Shown: piece by piece, positions 1 to 12,600 of the stretch | Layout of the letters: every line of letters begins with the position of its first letter | How positions within the stretch are numbered: the first letter of the stretch is position 1 | From: Balanoglossus misakiensis | Lineage: Eukaryota; Animalia; Hemichordata | Reading direction: 5' to 3' | Assembly (NCBI GenBank): GCA_040954595.2 | Contig: CM082581.2 | Span: forward strand, 3,340,699 to 3,404,698 | DNA: 64,000 bases | The notes under the pieces: model-generated | The model's input: only the letters and a program-made list of their open reading frames with translations | Database searches by the model: none | What the model was told of the DNA's origin: nothing | Made by a program: the position numbers and the translations under genes

Positions 1-95
1 ATGTCATTACTGACAAACTACCACCTGTAGTACTTATCAGGTCCAAGGAATGAATTTATCATGCATAAAGTTTGATAATTAGGGTTAAAGGAATA

Positions 96-299
96 CTGTA
101 AAACACTTTATTTTCGCAAGTTGAAATTTTCGCGATATCGAGAGAGGCCACTTTTTCGCGAGTATTAATTTTCGCGTTCTCTTCTTTCATTCACTGCATC
201 GTTATCTTCAAAAAAAAATTGTGACTTTTTATTTTCACTATTTTGGCTCTCGCGTATTTTGCGAAAATTTATTGCTCGCGAAAATAACCTGTTTCACAG
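96..299. mobile_element. TA-TSD MITE (CTGTAAAAC TIR), Tc1/mariner-pogo-like
   Basis: TA|CTGTAAAAC...GTTTCACAG|TA with internal TTCGCGA repeats; related copies at 8012-8185 and 36002-36204. Confidence 0.75.
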
Positions 300-434
300 T
301 AATTCCATCACATAATCAAAATGTCCACACCTTTTTGTAAGTGAGCTAAAATTCATTAAGAACTTAGAAACCTGCTTGGATTTACATCAACAATTCCCTT
401 CTATTATTACAACTAACAGTGTCGATCCACCTAC

Positions 435-617
435 CGATTTCGTCTGTGCTTTTTCCATTGGAGTGTCTCCAGATACCACTACAAAGTCTTCTTCAACTTT
501 ACTCGTAGTAGTCTCAAATGGTGTCGCTCTAAAACTCTTTTCATCCTTCTGGGACACACTCTGATGTTTTCCCAAAATCAGAAGTAGGTGTTCACCCTGG
601 GGATCAACTGGTATAAC
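435..617 (-). CDS. KNDC1: KNDC1 exon 15
   Basis: VIPVDPQGEHLLLIL...; polypyrimidine tract plus AG, donor TCG|gtaggt. Confidence 0.75.
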
Positions 618-3600
618 CTTTAAAGGAAAAAAATATATGCAATTTAACTCCAGGACCCGCAACAGAGAACTTCATTACCATTCATCATATGTGGTGGTTA
701 GCAGCCCAACGTCTTAAAAATCAGTGTTTAAAGGTATGGAAAATTGTCTATAGTTACCATGGCAAATTGAGATCTAGCCAATCACAGATTTTTAGTGGGT
801 GGCACCATGCGAAAAAAAGAGCGCCACCATATGTTCTTTAGAATGCTCAAATACTCCATTTCAGCCATATATGGGCGTATGTAAATTGGAGGTGACTGTA
901 TACCTTAAAACTACTTGTATGTAGTATTTTTAGCAACTGCTAGCGAGCCCAGTTGAGATTTGTGTAATTATTGTCACCATTTTATAGACTTTGAAAAATT
1001 GCTGTCACATCTAATTGATTCTTTTCCATTTGTGGCGGTCAATCATTCATATAAATGATCAATGTTTAACTACAACTATCAGTCGTGCACAACTTTGTCT
1101 ATGGTTAAAGCCCCAATAGCTGCCAATTTTTAAACATTAGTTTCATGGTTTCACTTTCAAACTTAGAATGATCTATTAAGTTAGTTAAAGGGACAAAGTC
1201 TCTCTCTCTCGCTGCCCTTTTTCCATTAATTATGTTTGATACAAGACACCGTAGATGTGGCTATATATTGAATCAATGTTCAACCACACACACCTTCCAT
1301 CCTGCTTGTAGGCACAAGAGTGAAAAAAACTCACCAAAATGAATAATCAGTCTCTACCATTTATTCATTTTGGGCGAGTTTTTACTCTCATATCAGAGAG
1401 AGACTTTGTCCCTTTAACTGGTGGGTATACACAACCATATTATCAACATCTAATTTGTGGGTACACATGTAATTATAAATAAATTAATTAATAAACAGGT
1501 GCCACACCCATTTATTTAACTGCCCATTAGGAGAGTGCCCAACTATGGTGGTATGCACACATGGGTGTTAGAATCTCCGCAAATTCAAAATGGCGTCATT
1601 TGTCAACTCATGATAAGTAGAAAATTGAAATATTTCATTGATTAAAAAAAAAAGCTAAAAGTGGCAGCTATTGGAGCTTTAACTTGACTTGCTGCCTTAC
1701 CTTAAACTTAATGAAATGGACCAGTTGTTGAGACAGCTCTGTATCGTTTCTGAAATCCACCTCATAAAATCCCTCCATCCAAACTTGAATGATATCCATT
1801 GCACGGCAGTGTACTTTCATGCGATCTTCCTTCTCTTCTGATGTGATACTGAAATGAAGAGGACTTCAATTATAGCAAAGAAGCCATTTTTGTTTCTTCA
1901 TCCACAGGTAAATGTAAGAGTGCACCATTGTTTTCACTGACGCTTATTTGCATGCTGGCTGCGCAGTTTCTGTTCTCGCTGAGAAATAATGTTTTGCACA
2001 ACTTAATTCCTGGTCGATCATTCTCCAAATACATTTTAATGAAAATAGCGGTAAGTACACTGTAATTGGGTAGGAACAGGGCCGGCTTATTAGATGTACT
2101 AAAGACGCTCTTTTGCAGCAAGCAAAATGAATATCAAATCAAAATGTTATACTATTACTATTTGAAAATGATATCTTTCGCAGGCAGGCAGGCAGACACA
2201 GACAGAAACAAATAGAAACTGATGTGTTAATTTAAAAGGAACAAAATGTATTAACAGACAATCAAACATAAACAAAAGAAGTAAAATCTGACATAATTAA
2301 AGCTGTGACTCAGGTTACCTGGCCATTTGCATCTTTATTGGCAAACTTAGCGAGGCACTTGTCACACACAAAATTTGAACTTGATTTGCCCTGTAGCTTT
2401 TGAGAAGCCATTTTAAGATTTTCTAATTTGGCCACCAGGTCACATGACTAATCAAAATTTCCCGGATCAGGTTCACAACTAGTTATTGTCCCCAACCATT
2501 GTGCCAATTTTAGAAGTGTATGGTTTTCTAGATCTAGGGCGACAAAGAATTGGTATGAAGAGAAAGAAGAAGAGAAAGAACTTGAGCAATACCAACAGGG
2601 GCCCAAGATTTAATTCTTGGTGAAATACTTGCATAGTATACAAACCTAAATGCACTGTTGTATCTGTCTGTAATGAACTTGAACAACTCTTTCGCTGTTG
2701 CAAAATAACGATATGTGTAGAAAAAATGGTGAAGATATCCTTCCAACAACGCTTGCCTTAAAAGAGACAGAAAAAGAAAATTGATTTTAATTTAAATATA
2801 ACTGAAAACATTATGAATGGGAGAGAAAGATGCGATTATATTGGGTAAGTATTGGAGCTGACAAACAATGCATAAAGTGTTTATTTCACATCCAAAAGTT
2901 GACAAACTTAGAAAATGGTACACATCACTTGTGGTATAAACTAACCAGAAAAGATAGTGAAACGGTCTGGAAAATCATATACATGTACACAATATTAACT
3001 AAAGAAACAAAATTGCGTGAATTTCAATGGAAACTTTTGCATATATGTTGCTGCCATGTAACAAGTATTTGTTTTTAACTGGAAAAAATCAAAACTAACA
3101 TGCTGAAGCCCACAAACTATATATTTCCATAAAGCTGAATAGATAAACTTCACTTGGAGTCAGTCACTTTACTTAAAAATAGATACTGAGTACATTTTCT
3201 AAAAATTAACCTATTAATGTAAACAGAAATGACATTGTCCATTTTAGAAATTATGGCCAAGTATAGAGACAAAGCAGAACTAGTCCTACCTGGCAAAGAG
3301 ATACGAAAAAAGCCCAAGAGGAGTTCCAGCTTGTAGTGTATTACCCTCTTTGCTTGAATGGAATACAAGATAAGGATTTTCACTGCTTGGCTGAAACTGC
3401 ATTGGCTCATTTGAGGTGCTGAAAACAAAACAAAACAAAAAGGGAAAAATAGCATCAATGACTCTTTCCTCCAATTTGATCAACATTGTTTACAGTGTTT
3501 TAATCTACGCTTTTAAAACTGAGGGCCATTGTGGGCCTGTTTTTATCTTTAAATGTTTCAGTTTTACCAACAACTAGTGTTTACAAAAATCAAAACAAGC

Positions 3601-6600
3601 CCCTGATGTTTCGCCATTACAGCAGTAAGATATCTCAAATGTCGGTATCACAGAAGTTGGTGGTACAACTAGGCCTACATGAGATATAGTGAAAAACTGT
3701 GGCTGGCAAGCTTGTTTGGTTGGTACCAGCCATTTACACATTGCTGGTATAGTTCTGAGTGACAATTTACAACAATCTGAACATTCACTTCTGTGAACTA
3801 CATGTAATTGCTACCTATGCCTCAACTTCCTGTTCAGTCACTGTCAGAATGTCTGAGCTATAAGTAGAATCTCACAACACAGCAACAAGAATTCTATTAA
3901 CAATTTGGAAGGCTGCAGTTGCCCTAAAGACTCAGCCAGTAAGCTAGTTTGTGATCAAAGACATGATAGGAAATTGTCAACTGCTGTCTAGAACTGATTA
4001 CAAAGAGCATCAAAGCACAATTTTTTTTCAATATTTAAAAGAATTAAAGGGACATTACCCGTAACTTTTGGCTTTATTTTCAGTATTTTTGTTGTGTGTA
4101 CCAAATGCAAATTCTTATTCTACTCCAAACAGCATGTTAATATACCCAGTACTCAGCTTGTGTACATAGCCTATATATGTGTAACAACCATTGTTGTTGT
4201 TGACAAATAAATACTAGTTCAGACTTGAATTCAAATTTAGAACAACAATGCTGACAATACAACTCTATGTGGTGCTGATAAGCTAAATGCTGGCCGTTTC
4301 ATCATGCAGCAGACACACAAAACAAAAATGCGGAAAACAGACCAAAAATATGCACCTATGGAACTTTTAAATAGCCACTGTTTGGCAGAAATGGTCTGCG
4401 GGTGCAAAACACACCATGGGTGCAAACAGATACACTAATCATCATCTTGCAATCATCTGTACACAGACTTACCACAATGCAAAGGTGTACAAGAGCGAAT
4501 GATCTAAACCCCACTGCTCAGCATACAACATTTCAAGGTGTCTTTTTGCACTCTCCAAAAAATTGACTTTCTTGCTCATCTCTGCAATTTGCTTGGCAAC
4601 TTTTGGAATCATATTCTTCTGGTCAACACCTAAGCGGGGTTTAAACAAAGAAAACAATATCAGTAACAACAGATACTGTTGGACAACAACTGGTCCCAAC
4701 ATTTATCTACTAGCTGGAAGTTATTTTTCATTGCCATATTGGCCATTTTGGATGGTTCTTCTTGACAATATATGTATATTTTTTCACATTCAGTTGATTC
4801 TTTCACCCATTTCTGCAGGTAGCTGCATATTTCCATATCACAAATATATAGCTGCACTGCACTGCAAATAAAATTAATAACTGCCTTCTGAACAGAACCA
4901 TATCAATATTTTTGAAAACACATTAATCATCCATATTTATTTTATTATTAATTTTTGGACAAAATCCCATCAAAAGTGGAACACATATCTCATTGTTTTT
5001 GCAGTGCACAGACATTAAAAACTTACAAAATAATCTCCCAAATTGAAACTTAACTAAAATACCACTACCATGGCCCCCACCATTGTTACTACTACTACCT
5101 AAACGCTTAATATGGAACATACCTGTTTTTCCTTTGCCTCTTTGAGATTCCATTAATTTCTTGTAAAACTTTTCCGACTTTGCTTTCATTCTACATTCAA
5201 TTACAAGTTGTTGCTCTACCTCCTGAAATAAATGATGAAAATTCAAATGAGAAAATAGGAAAATCATAAGTTAGAAAGGAAACAATACATGGCCAACTAA
5301 AACCAAAATGGCTGCCGCGGGCGCCGCCTATAAAAAAAATTGTATGATAGATTCCATAAAAAGATCACAACATGAATACAAGTCACTGTCAATGAACTAG
5401 TCTTCTTTGGATCAACCAAAAGAACACTGAAGAAATCATGGTAGAATATCAGTCAAGGCATGTCCCCTATTTTGGGTCTGACATCGTTTCTATACGAGTA
5501 TTCACTTGGCAGTATAACATCCATATGGACATACTTTACCATACTATAGTTGTGGAGTGTATATGAAATCAGTTGAAACATGTTTAAAGGTTTACAGTCA
5601 CCTATGCAAATTTAGCACCATGGCTAATTGAGATCTAGCCAATCATTGTTTTTCAGTGGGTAGCACACGGGAAAAAAGAGCGCCACCATATGTTCTTAAA
5701 GGTCCCATGCCATGCCCTATACAACCACGCGTAAAATCACTATTTGGGTCTTGAAGTTAACGTATGTTACTATCTGGCATTGCGTATCACCCTCTGTGCT
5801 TAGATAACAGGCAAGTAAAAGTGACGAGTGGGCGTGTACCCCTAACCCAACTCAGTCGATTTTGTTCGGCTTTTCGAAGTTAAGCCGAAGACTTATCTTG
5901 ATGTGGACAAATAGTCTTTCACACCTTTGTAAATCCTCTGCCTGTAATGTGAGGCAAGGGCTTCCTTTGCTTTGAACACTGTTTATGTAGCTTGTCTTTG
6001 TCTGTGGACTTAATTACTCATGGACCGCTAATTACACTTTACTGTAAACAGAATGGTACACTAAGATGTAGTGTACTTGTTTGTCCATATGCAAATACCT
6101 TCGCCTGGCTCGAGTGCGAAGTGGCTCCCTGATCACAGGCATGAAAAAAGGTGGCAAATTCCGGCATTCGTGCACATTATTCGGAACCGACACAATAAGC
6201 AATGCATAGACAGGTACCCTAGATGAGCTTTTGACGGGGAAAAATAAAAACTTTTTATAGCATGTCATAGACCCTTTAATTCAGATACGCAAATACAGCC
6301 AATAGTTACAGCTACCCGTAATGTCCCTTTTAAAGAAAGAAATCCTTGCCTGTTATAAATGTACCCATATATGCAATAATAATGCTGCTGTTGAGCAGAA
6401 CAATTTTGTTTTGTTTTATATTGCTTAAAAACACAGAGCACTTACAGAAAGCTTGGCTTCAATGCTTTGTTGGGTGTCCTCTTGTTTCACCAACTGACCA
6501 GTGTAGTCAACAATTAAAGGATCCACATTGTCGCTGTCAAAAAACATGGTACTGTTGGGTTTCATTTTAACTGTCTCAAGTGGGTTCTCGTTGGCTGTAT

Positions 6601-9600
6601 TTTGCATAGACAGACTTGTGAAATCCTCAGTGGAAGGAACTTTGAGCAGTGACAGTGTAGATGAACTGTTACTTGCAGAACTATTGTGCCGGGATAATGT
6701 CCTGGAGAGTACTTTCCGTAGGTTTCCCTTCTTGGATGAGCTGCCGGAATCCGAGTCGCTCAAGGAACTGCTGCGTCGAACAGTGGTTGGGTTTAGAAGT
6801 GGTGACTTCCTCAAACGACGACGCCCACTGACTTCCGGTGCATGTGGTTCAGTATCTTCTCCTGAAGATTCCGATGCACTTCTCACATGTATAAATCTGG
6901 GCCCAGAGCTTGTACTATCCAGACTAACCGTCGACTGGTGTAAATCCGATGATTTCATAGTTTGTTCTAATGACTTGATGTTATTATCAGAATCCTGGAC
7001 TTCCAAACTAGGTCTTCTTGTGTCGTCTACATCCGAGTTCACATTGTCAATATGCATGGCCCCCTGCTGACTGCCTTCACTGCTGGTAGGCCGACAGCCA
7101 TCGTTACTCTCGCCTTCTGTTGACAATGTTTTAATCAAGTCAGACAACGAGTCAATTGCACTGCCGGCTTTGTCCTCTGATGTCAACGGTTCAATCTCAT
7201 CCGGAGTCTCATCCGTTGCCTCGGAAACTGATTTCTCACCGTATCGCTTTTCACTTACGAACAACTTGGCGTCGGCCACCACCTTGGATTTCATGACGGC
7301 GCTGGTGCAGCTACAGGTTGATGGGGTAGGCGATACTCTCGCCTCATAGCCACACAACAAATCATCAACAACATCATCATCATCGTCATCACCATCATTA
7401 TCACTGCTGGTATATGTCCCATCATCATTTGGTGATGATGATGATAAAGCTGTATTTCCCGTAGCAAGGTAAGAATCCTCCTGTATAGATTTTTTGATGA
7501 GCGACACTGATCTTGGCCTTGGACTCCATGATCTAAGAATTTTTTTGAAAGACAAAAACAAACAGGTGTTATTCATGGTAAACAGAACTAGTTATGACAA
7601 AGTCTCTCTCTCGCTGCCCTTTTTCCATTAATTGTGTTTAATACAAAACAAACATTTATGTTAATGTATATGTAGTGAATGAACGTTCAACCACACACAA
7701 CTTCCATCCTACTTGTATGATATGAGAGTAAAATTTCGCCCAAAATGAATATATGGTAAAGACCGTTTATTCATTTTGGCGAGTTGGCCAAATAGGTAAA
7801 TCTTTCTCCATACCTTTTTGGTGTTTTGACCGGTTCTTGTCCATTCACAGCTTCAAACAACTTCTCCAATACTTCTTCTTCCCAATACAGATCACAGAAT
7901 TTTTCACTAACAGCACTAGTGAAGGTAGTCCACTTTAAGTTGGCCAATGAAGTTATGTACTTGGCTACACAATACAAAACAGCAAGGTCTCATAAATGTA
8001 TCAGATATCTACTGTAAAACACGGGCAATAAACTTTCGCGAAACCAAAATAGCGTGAAAATAAAAAGTCACGTAATTTTTTTTTTGAAGATAATGATGAA
8101 GTGAATGAAATAAGAGAACGCGAAAATTAATACTCGCGAAACAGTGGCCTCTCTCGATATCTCGAAAATTTTAACTGTTTTACAGTATCTTTTTTAATCA
8201 CATGCACAAACCAACTTTGTCATTGGACATTTAATACTGAACAGAAAATACTGGGCTTTTCACTGGTCATGCTACATCACAAAAATATGTATGTACATCA
8301 TCACATCTGGAATTCTGGAACTACTTTTGTATTGCCTTTTTGAATTTGTCGGTGCAAAAATGGAATTTATTCAATTTTCTGAATTATCGGGTACATTCTG
8401 GTGCTACATCACAAAAATATGTGTCAACATCATCACATCTGGAAATTATCGGGTACATTCTGGAATTTATTCAATTTTCTGAATTTAATATCGGGTACAT
8501 TCTGGTGCAGGAGACTACATGTCTCCGAAAGCTTCATTGCTCCACCATAAATCAGTTGATCTCAGAGTGCTATCAAACCTTAGTTTATACACACATACAC
8601 ACACTGCTGCTCTACGGGAATATTTGGGACTTTGCTATGTGCCAGGCCTGTCCTGTCACTTTTTGTCTTCTGCTTCATGTTTAATGCTTGGTCCTGGGCA
8701 CTCCTATTTACATTCATTGTCACGAGTTTGGTTCACATTCATTACTTATTTTTCTGACGCTTTTTTGTTAAGAAAATGACACTGATATACCACAAAATCA
8801 ATTTCTGATATAATAGCAATAACCCCGCCACAGTCAGGTATACTTTCAATTTGGGTACAATTCTCTTCATATAGCACTAGCCTTATGACTTGTGCTATAT
8901 GTTGCAAATTGTACCCAAATCTCGCATATACTCATCTGTGGTGGGGGTTACTGTTTAAATAGACTATACTCACCCATAGCAACATCTTCGATCCCATTTT
9001 CAAGATAGCCATCAAAGGCATAAGTCTCTCTGATAAGTTTGATGACTCTCTTCAAATTGGAGTTAACTGTCAATGCATCTGTTAAATGTTCATTGACTAC
9101 CTCTTCTGTACTTGATAAATTCGACTGCATATGGACTCCACTGTCTCTTGATAAGGATGAGATTGAGGTTGGAGAGGCAGGCGATGTGGCATCAGGTTTC
9201 AATTTTTCTAAAGGTCTAGTATCATCCAAGTCATCAAGCATGGTTTTCGAGTTGTTGCTGCTGTAGCTCACATCAAGTTTGTCTAGATTTGGACTGTAAT
9301 GGTTGTTGGTTTTCTCTCTTTTCTGGTCAGATCTCGGATAAGAACTGCTTTCACTGCTTTCAGAGTCACTGCCGCCATTCTCATTGGAATTCCATTTTTT
9401 GTGCTTTTTCGATTTTTCTGTATGGTGACTTCTTTCCAACTTCTTTCTTTGATACTCTCTGCTTTGAGGCTCTCTTTTGGAAGTGTTTTTAACATCCGAG
9501 TCTGAATCTGTCTCAGTGGGTGTCAACTTGTTTGCAGTCAACAGTAAGTTTTCCCTGGAAGATTTCAAGCCTCTACTGTCAGTAGGACTGTTAGGGGTAC

Positions 9601-12600
9601 TGGATAACAACTGTCCCATTTGTGGACTGTACTGTAATCCCACAATTGGTGCAGGGAAGGATATGTTCTGAATGTTCTGCATACCTGAGAATTGTGTAGT
9701 ATTGCCTTGGACTGTTGGAATTCCTGAGTAAGGTACACCGATGGGGACCATGTTAAAAAGTCCAGTGTTCGGATCCTGCTGCAAAGCCACCTGAATTGGG
9801 AAGTTGGGATAGATGCCTGGCATTTGTATTAAAGGGTTTGTGGGAATGTTCTGGCTGGGACTAGTCGACATTTGCAGGGGACTGATCTGGTGTGGATTAT
9901 ACGGAGTTGTGCCGGGGCTATTCTGCATCTGATGATGATGCGCTTGTTGTTGCTGTCTTGACAAGTTTGGCATTTGCATCACAGGCATCTGTATTGGAGG
10001 GTTTTGCCTTACATCTTGGTAACCGTGCCCAGTCTGTGGATCCGACTGCGGTGGCTGGTTTGCGTTATCTTTCACCAGCTGTTCTCTGGTGATGTACTCT
10101 TGTTGCGACCTTTGCCCTTTCACTTCTGACCTTTCCCCTTTCACTTCTGATCTGCCCTCTTTGCCCGGCAGAGAAACCGTTCCATCCTTGACACATATTT
10201 CCTTGTTTTCAGTTTCTAACTCTTTGTCCTTCATTTCTTTTGTACTTGCTTGTTTGTCAACATTTGACTCATCATCTTTCTTGGTTTTGCCTTTCTGGGT
10301 TTCTGCTTGCCTTCTTTTCCCACTCTTTTCGTGCCTCCTCTGTTCTTGTTTCTTTCCTTGCCCTTCATCTTTACGGCCGTGCTTTGTATTCTTTGACGAA
10401 GATTCTGATCGACTTTTGTGTTTCTTCTTCGCTAATCCCTCCTCGCCAGATGTCTGCTTCTTGTGGGACTTTCTTCCGTCCTTTTCAGCTACTTCATTCT
10501 CTAAATCCTCCACCATGTTAGCCGGTGGCTTGGGTTTCATCAATTCTAATTTCATAGCCTTGGCTATCTTCTGCTTGAACTCGTCCGGCGGCACGATGTT
10601 AGACTTGCCACGATTGGAACCAGAATTGGTCTTAGCTTTTTCATGGTGCAAGACTATTGGAGTGAAATGAGTAGCTTGAGATGAATAAGCATTTGGAAGA
10701 CGGAAATCAGTCAGCGTATTTCTTCTACTGCCGAGAAGGGATGGATTCTCACCATTCTTAACACTGGTCTCTTTATCCAGGCAGCTTGTCAGATCACCAG
10801 TACTGGCATTCTTATTCATCGGCCTTTCCTTGACCGCGCTAATTATTAAAGGAGACAGATGTCCCTCCGAAAGATTGTCTTCATCTGACAAGTCTCTCCT
10901 GTTTGTGCTCACAAATGCTGACGGTCTTTCAGGCAAGCCCAGGCGCTGTGTCAGTGGCTGCTTAACAAGGGGTTCATACTGGGCAGAAGACTCGGATTTC
11001 GGGAATTCTAGTCTCGGAATGGTAAGTTGAACAAACCCCTTCAGGGGAACAGGTTCTACAGGAATATCCAGTTTGGGGGGAGATTTCGGAAGAGACAAAT
11101 TTTCCAACTCAAGCGACTCTTCTAATAAACCTTTTGCAAGTTGACTTCTTCCATCTTTCCAGAGCTGCTGGCACACTTCTTTGGAGACGATTCCTGATTC
11201 AGTTTCATGTTCTTCACACATCTATCAAAGTAGAGAAATTCAAAATTGAGTAAGGACAAGAAGGCTTTAATGGACACCATGTGCAAATTCAATGCTCACA
11301 AAAGCAGAACTCCTCATGTTTCATGAAATTCAGCATTACCTTTATTGGGAATTTATAAGATAATTATGTAGATGACCTTTTATTTACCTGTATGCCACAT
11401 CTATAAAACTTCTGGAATAAATCAATTTAAGCACACAGATAAATGTGAACAAATCGAATGTGATTTTAAGTTTCACCATTGTAGTAAGAGTCATTTGAAC
11501 AAATATGTATGTGATTGGAAAAAAAGGTAGCAAAGTATTACAATGTTTCACAAGGCTTCCTTAGAAAATTCTACACGTTTACTTGACATTTATACTTTGA
11601 AATAAATGTATGACTTGAATGGTCAACATTTTTAATGATGAAATTTCCAAATTGCACTATGGCATGATCAAAATGTTGTTTTCCAATGCACTATGGGTAA
11701 TTAACTATGTGTATACTATTTCATGAGCTACATGTACTTCATACCTAACAACAGAGCCTAATTTAGAAACCATATGAGTGACTGACTAACTAACCTTGGC
11801 AACGTAATCCAAACTGGGTCTATCATCTCTGCTGTCTTGTGTCATCTTAATGAGTAAATTTTCCAACAATTCTGTGATTTCTGGCTGTTGTGTGGGGCTC
11901 AGTCTCCAGTCGGCTGCTGACCACAACATGGCTGCTATTCCAAACAAACATGTCTGTATGAGAAGAGAATTAATAACCAGTCATCAACAGATTAAGAAAA
12001 CATCATAGGCATGCCTGTTCAATGGCTAAAAAAATTTCTGACAAAGTACTAACCTGGTCACTATATTGACTACTACAAGATACTCATTAGAAAATACTCC
12101 TTAGCATATTCAACTTTTCCATGTGAAAGTTCCTTTGCTGTAAATTTTTCGCTACGTTTTCAATATGTTTATTTTGTGTGTATCTATTGCAGTTTCTTGC
12201 TCAACTTTGAACAATCTCACATCTTCAGTGGTCATTCCACGTACACACCAAAATCCACTAAGATGTGCACTCTCGTTTCCGAGCCTTTACTGTTGACGGA
12301 CGGACAGAATACTTTCGAAGGCAGTGTAGGGACAGTACAATTCAGGTGAATTTGATGATTTTGATATACAAATTACAATATCTAGGCAGACACCTTATAC
12401 TTATAGGAAACGATTTTCCTTCTGCAATGCTTTCAGTAAAATATAAGACTGGCAATAGAACAGATAACTTCCGGGAACGGTGAATGAACAACAAAAAGTT
12501 TGTACTGTACCCCTTTCCCCTAGCCCCACTAAAAATAAATTGTTTTGCCCCTTAAATTCAGATACAGACATACGAATAACTCCCACCTTATTACATAAAA

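Noticed and set aside
4048-6328. Matching AGGGACATTAC / GTAATGTCCCT ends enclosing KNDC1 exons 10-11, like an exon-capturing transposon
   Set aside because: The 4048 element has its own degenerate right end near 4366, and the exons are collinear with the gene, so these are two independent insertions.
6528-7070. 180-aa plus-strand ORF
   Set aside because: Antisense shadow of Ser-rich KNDC1 exon 9; no independent motifs.
8270-8510. Repeat-spacer-like pattern suggesting CRISPR
   Set aside because: Irregular units, no unique spacers, eukaryotic intron, no cas genes.
10089-10670. 193-aa hydrophobic plus-strand ORF
   Set aside because: Antisense shadow of the Lys/Glu-rich part of KNDC1 exon 7.
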